Assembly (NCBI GenBank): GCA_963714015.1
Contig: OY970223.1
Coordinates: forward strand, 2,976,001-3,040,000
Length of the DNA: 64,000 bases
Origin: Vulcanimicrobiota bacterium
GTDB taxonomy: Bacteria > Vulcanimicrobiota > Vulcanimicrobiia > Vulcanimicrobiales > Vulcanimicrobiaceae
Direction: 5' to 3'
A program made the position numbers and the translations under genes. Of this stretch, positions 60,434 to 64,000 are shown piece by piece. The notes beneath the pieces were generated by a model. It was not told the origin of the DNA, searched no databases, and was given only the letters and a program-made list of their open reading frames with translations. Within the stretch, counting starts at the first letter, position 1. Every line of letters begins with the position of its first letter.

Positions 60434-61804
60434 CTACACCGCGAGTTGAGCCTGCGTAGCCCTTTGAATCAGCACCTCCGCCAATTCGCGCACTTGGACG
60501 CGAATCTCGGGCATTGCGGTCGTCTCAATCAACGTTCCGAATCGAACTGGGCCGAGCGTGAAGATCAGCTCCGATTCCGTCCCGGTTGCGTCGATCAGGG
60601 CGCCGCTAGCCGCAACGGAGACCCCGACGTTCAAGCGGTGCGCAGTCATGAAGCCGGCGCCAAGCAGCGATCGTATCAAGGGGTTATCGATCTTCCGGAA
60701 ATCGTTGGTCGGACCGCTGCAATTGATGATGCGGTGCGCTTGGATCTCGATCGTTTCGAGCTCTCCGCGCAGCGTAACGGGAATCGTCAATCCGTCCGGC
60801 CGGCTCTCGATGCTGCCGGGCCTTCCGGCTAACATTTTGAGGTCGCCGGATGCCATCAAACCGGCGAGCGCTTTGACGATCTCGGGCGCCATCCGATGAC
60901 GGTGAATGTTCCAGTACGGCATCACGTGGCGCAGAAATCGCCGCTGATCGGCAAGTGAAAGGGCTTGCCAATAATGATTGGTTCCGGGACGCACGCGTTC
61001 GAACGACAAACGCCAATTTTCCTCGCGGGCTTTCGCGCTGCGGCTCAAGAATCGCGTCGCGCCGAGCAAGTCGCCCAAATGCTCTTCGCCGTGCGATTCA
61101 TTGGGCGGGGCATCGAGCATGCGATGTTCGTGCGGTAACAATCCGCGCCGCGAGATCATGTACACCGTTCCGCGATGGCCGTAATGCCGTAAACCCAAAA
61201 CTGCGTCGACGGCGGTTAGACCTGTTCCGAAAAGCGCGACGGTTTCGTTCGGATCGGCCGGGACAAGCGCACCGTCCTCCCAGGCGGACGAGAAGACTCT
61301 CCATGTTTGAAGGCGATGCGGGTCGATTCCAGGCCAGGGCGCCGGTGCAGCATTCCCGGTTGCAATGACGAGTGCGTCGCCATGCAGTGTGCTGCCGTCC
61401 GAACAGCGTACCAAAACGCCCCCGGCATCAGGTGCGGCGCTCGTCGCAAGCGCACGCACGTGTCGTATTCTGCTTCCCGCCCGTCTCTGCGTTTGCTCCG
61501 CTATTTCGTTCAAGTACGCGCCGTAAATCGATCTTGGAACGAACGAATCGGCAGCATATCGCTTCGGATGGTTGACCCTTAGCCATTCAACGAAATCACT
61601 TGGACGATCGGCGAAGGCCGACATTCGGGCCGCCGGCACGTTCAACAAATGCATGGGGCAACCGGTCGAGTAGGCCATGCCGCATCCCAAACTTTGGCGC
61701 GGTTCCACCACGACCGCGTTCACGGAATGGGAGCGCTCGACGAGCGCGTTCGCCAGCAGAACTCCGCTTGCGCCGCCGCCGGCGATGAGTATCGTGCTAG
61801 GCAT
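60434..61804 (-). CDS. FAD/NAD(P)-binding protein
   Basis: IAGGGASG, G.GMAYST...HLLNVPA.RMSAF, VPR..YG.YL, GTGLTAVD, HRHRMAP and ETTA.PEIR.Q. Confidence 0.88.
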   Translation of the reverse strand: MPSTILIAGGGASGVLLANALVERSHSVNAVVVEPRQSLGCGMAYSTGCPMHLLNVPAARMSAFADRPSDFVEWLRVNHPKRYAADSFVPRSIYGAYLNEIAEQTQRRAGSRIRHVRALATSAAPDAGGVLVRCSDGSTLHGDALVIATGNAAPAPWPGIDPHRLQTWRVFSSAWEDGALVPADPNETVALFGTGLTAVDAVLGLRHYGHRGTVYMISRRGLLPHEHRMLDAPPNESHGEEHLGDLLGATRFLSRSAKAREENWRLSFERVRPGTNHYWQALSLADQRRFLRHVMPYWNIHRHRMAPEIVKALAGLMASGDLKMLAGRPGSIESRPDGLTIPVTLRGELETIEIQAHRIINCSGPTNDFRKIDNPLIRSLLGAGFMTAHRLNVGVSVAASGALIDATGTESELIFTLGPVRFGTLIETTAMPEIRVQVRELAEVLIQRATQAQLAV

Positions 61805-62360
61805 CGTAACGCAGGGCAACTTCACGAGGACGCCACCAGCCGCCGCCGTCGGCGTCGAATGCGTTACATCGCTCGAGGTCGCCGCCGTAGACGTGCAAGC
61901 TGTACGCCGTCGTCGTTCCTGCGTTGCCGAACTCGTGATATTCGAGCGGAGGTAGAAGTGTGCTGATCCCGCCTCGCGTCAACTGCGATTCCCTATCGCG
62001 CACGAACATGCAGCGCCCCTGGGAGTCGCGATCCAAAAGGCGATACGTAACTTCGCGAAAGACGCCCGCGCAGATGATCTCCGCCCCCCAGTAGCCGGCG
62101 TGATCGTGCAACGGACTGGATTGACCGGGCGCCCAGGTCATGCCGATCACGGTGAAGCGATTGTGCGGATCGCGCCAAATGAGCCTGCGCGCATAGTGAT
62201 CGGCTCGAGGCGGCGCAAACAGCCGTTCGTCGTCGAGCGCGCCGGCTGCTCCAACGTGCGCCAACGTTCGCGCCAATTCCGTGACGCGGTCGTTTTTGAA
62301 CGCCCGCTCTATCGGACGTATCAACGAGGCGACGTCGTAAGCGGCATCGGTCCGGAGCAT
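61797..62360 (-). CDS. Cysteine dioxygenase family cupin
   Basis: YARRL, MTWAPGQSSPLHDH, W, EYH..GN and SLHVY metal-binding pattern. Confidence 0.85.
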   Translation of the reverse strand: MLRTDAAYDVASLIRPIERAFKNDRVTELARTLAHVGAAGALDDERLFAPPRADHYARRLIWRDPHNRFTVIGMTWAPGQSSPLHDHAGYWGAEIICAGVFREVTYRLLDRDSQGRCMFVRDRESQLTRGGISTLLPPLEYHEFGNAGTTTAYSLHVYGGDLERCNAFDADGGGWWRPREVALRYDA

Positions 62361-62465
62361 AATGAGCCCTCCAGCAGGTCGCCTTTTTATTATCCTGAGC
62401 TATTTTTTGCACCTATGCCAGAGCCTAGGCTTTAATGGCTATCCGGCGCTAGGTCTTTTGCCGAG

Positions 62466-62543
62466 CGCATGCAGACGCGTTTTCCGACGTACGCGCCGTT
62501 CACCGCATCTTCGCAACGATTATTTCACCATAAACCGCGCGGG
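62466..62543 (+). repeat. Decayed duplicate of the FUSC 3' end (repeat copy 2)
   Basis: 62466-62498 matches 60129-60161 (29/33); 62496-62543 matches 60376-60423 (44/48). Confidence 0.8.
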
Positions 62544-62574
62544 ACTCAGAATGCCGGGCTCAATCGACGTACTT

Positions 62575-63266
62575 CTATGGCCAAGCCGGCTCGTCCAGCG
62601 AGGTCCATATCCCGGAGTTCTGCAGGGCTTTCGACCGCTGCGTGAACTCGTCGACGACATGGATGTCCACGAATCGGACGGCAGTCTTGACATAGATCAA
62701 GCCTCCGGCCGCGATTGGCACCTGCGCATCTTCTTCGCTGATGTAATGTGCGCCGTCGACATCCGCAAAGCGAATCATCCAAGCGACGTGAGTGCCCGGA
62801 CCGCTCTGGAAATTCAGAGCGTCGAGCAGTTGCCAAGGCGCGTACGTCCGTTCGTCGATCCAGGCTTGGCGAATGCGGTTCTTGCCGGGATCGCGTAGCG
62901 GTGTGAGCTCGAGGTGATAGCAGGGATGGCCATCTATCGTCGCAGTTTCACCTGCCAGCGCAGGAAGTAAATATTCACGCCGGATCCCCACGACGGATGC
63001 GCGATCTCATAGTCGCTTACGGGATCGACCCTGACGGAGCCGGTCGTCGCATCCTAGGCGGCGTTGTAATGTTCGACCCGTTGACGGCCGCCTTCCAGCA
63101 CCGCTACTGCGACGGTAAATTCGAGCTTTTGCGGATAGTGCTGCATCAGCCAGTATGTCCGCGCGTTAGCGAAGATCCGGTACGGATCAGGCGCAGGCGC
63201 AGCCGTAGCCGCTGACGCCGCGGTCGCGGCCACGAGCAGCAGGGCGAACGAGCAGAATTTGTTCAT
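62575..63266 (-). pseudogene. Disrupted secreted protein (lipoprotein-sorting/LolA-like fold suspected)
   Basis: Signal peptide MNKFCSFALLLVAATAASA, in-frame TAG at 63054, frame change near 62990, then IDGHPCYHLELTPLRDP..R....WIDE.T. Confidence 0.55.
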
Positions 63267-63289
63267 TGCCACCGCCGGTCGAAATTCCG

Positions 63290-64000
63290 TCACGTCCCCT
63301 TTTCGGCGCCCAAGTAGCGAATCCACTTGAAAAACAGCGCCGGCGTCGTCGCAAGGCTGTTCGGATCGCCGTATACGACGTAAAATTCGTTCTTTGCCGC
63401 AAGGAAGTGAAAGGCCGCGCTCACGTTGCCGGCGCTGACGTAGTCGAACGGATAAAAGCCGTTGACCGTCCCATCGGGGTTCTGCGGTGTAATCGCGGGA
63501 TCGGGAGGCAAAAATGAGTTCGGGAGATTGCGCCCGATAATTCGCCGCGTACCGAAGTCAAATGAAGTCTCGCGGCTGAACTGCCAATCGATGCTCGCGC
63601 GCTCCAACCACTGCTTCGCGTCTGACGTAACGCCTCTCTCCAAGAATGGCGAGGCATACGCGTTTTCATCCAATTCAAGCGAAAGCGTCACGCGCTTGGC
63701 AATCGGCTGCGTCGTCAAGTACGTCCACGACGTCAAGCGGCCGTGATAGTACGGTCCGGCATTAAAGGTCACGCGCGTCGGAGTCGACGTAGCCCCTTTG
63801 TAACTCACGGCAAAGCCGTTCTGATTGAACGGCAAGAACTCGCCGTCCGCAACCTGCAACCCCGTCGCATTTACGGACATATTCAGAGAAATCTGATCTT
63901 TGAAATCGAGCGTCACGCTGCCCTGCGAACCGGCCGAGTCAAGCTCGCCGAATCGATTGTACTGCCGGTTTCCTCCGCCGTTGACGACGATGTCGTGAAG
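63290..64000 (-). CDS. Putative outer-membrane beta-barrel-like protein, 5'-truncated by the window edge; paralog of 1..1281
   Basis: Frame is open to base 64000. Shares SYKG.TSTPT, GPY.HG.LT.W.Y.TT, AKQWLERAS.DWQF.RE.SFD.G.RRI.G.NLPN and the C-terminus with gene 1. Confidence 0.62.
   Translation of the reverse strand, partial: LHDIVVNGGGNRQYNRFGELDSAGSQGSVTLDFKDQISLNMSVNATGLQVADGEFLPFNQNGFAVSYKGATSTPTRVTFNAGPYYHGRLTSWTYLTTQPIAKRVTLSLELDENAYASPFLERGVTSDAKQWLERASIDWQFSRETSFDFGTRRIIGRNLPNSFLPPDPAITPQNPDGTVNGFYPFDYVSAGNVSAAFHFLAAKNEFYVVYGDPNSLATTPALFFKWIRYLGAEKGT

Noticed and set aside
60376..62543. Active prophage or IS element between the direct repeats
   Set aside because: No integrase, transposase or terminal inverted repeats are present, and the repeat copy is degenerate.
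1..64000. tRNA, rRNA, CRISPR or defence-system genes
   Set aside because: None recognised by eye; intergenic gaps are short and mostly accounted for. A covariance-model scan was not possible.

Overview
GC-rich bacterial chromosomal segment. The Pro/Thr-linker lipoproteins, Vgb-like proteins and gene content suggest Candidatus Eremiobacterota/Vulcanimicrobiota, but that is an inference. Contents in order: (1) 3' part of a putative outer-membrane protein whose close paralog enters from the other end of the window; (2) a co-directional minus-strand run of a TPP enzyme, enolase-superfamily protein, FAD/Fe-S oxidoreductase, glucose-dehydrogenase-like SDR, six-hairpin glycosidase, TIM-barrel epimerase and GNAT; (3) a complete actinobacterial-type cytochrome bcc-aa3 gene set in two divergent arms; (4) tsaD; (5) an arg cluster (argF-R-G-H-C-J-D divergent from argB) with tandem ARG boxes; (6) hom-metX behind a probable leaderless Cys/Met/Thr-rich leader-peptide attenuator; (7) tandem glycoside-hydrolase-like lipoproteins; (8) a dispersed, mosaic purine pathway: purM, GNAT-PurN fusion, purF, purD, guaA, two archaeal-type PurP proteins, PurS-like, purQ, purL, a PAICS-like PurC with a degenerate carboxylase domain, and purB; (9) a FUSC exporter followed by a cysteine dioxygenase/FAD-protein cassette bounded by a decayed duplicate of the FUSC 3' end. 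About a dozen single-base frameshifts, some in core genes, look like sequencing indels. I found no rRNA, tRNA, CRISPR array, integrase or transposase. Family assignments come from recognising motifs by eye; no searches were run.
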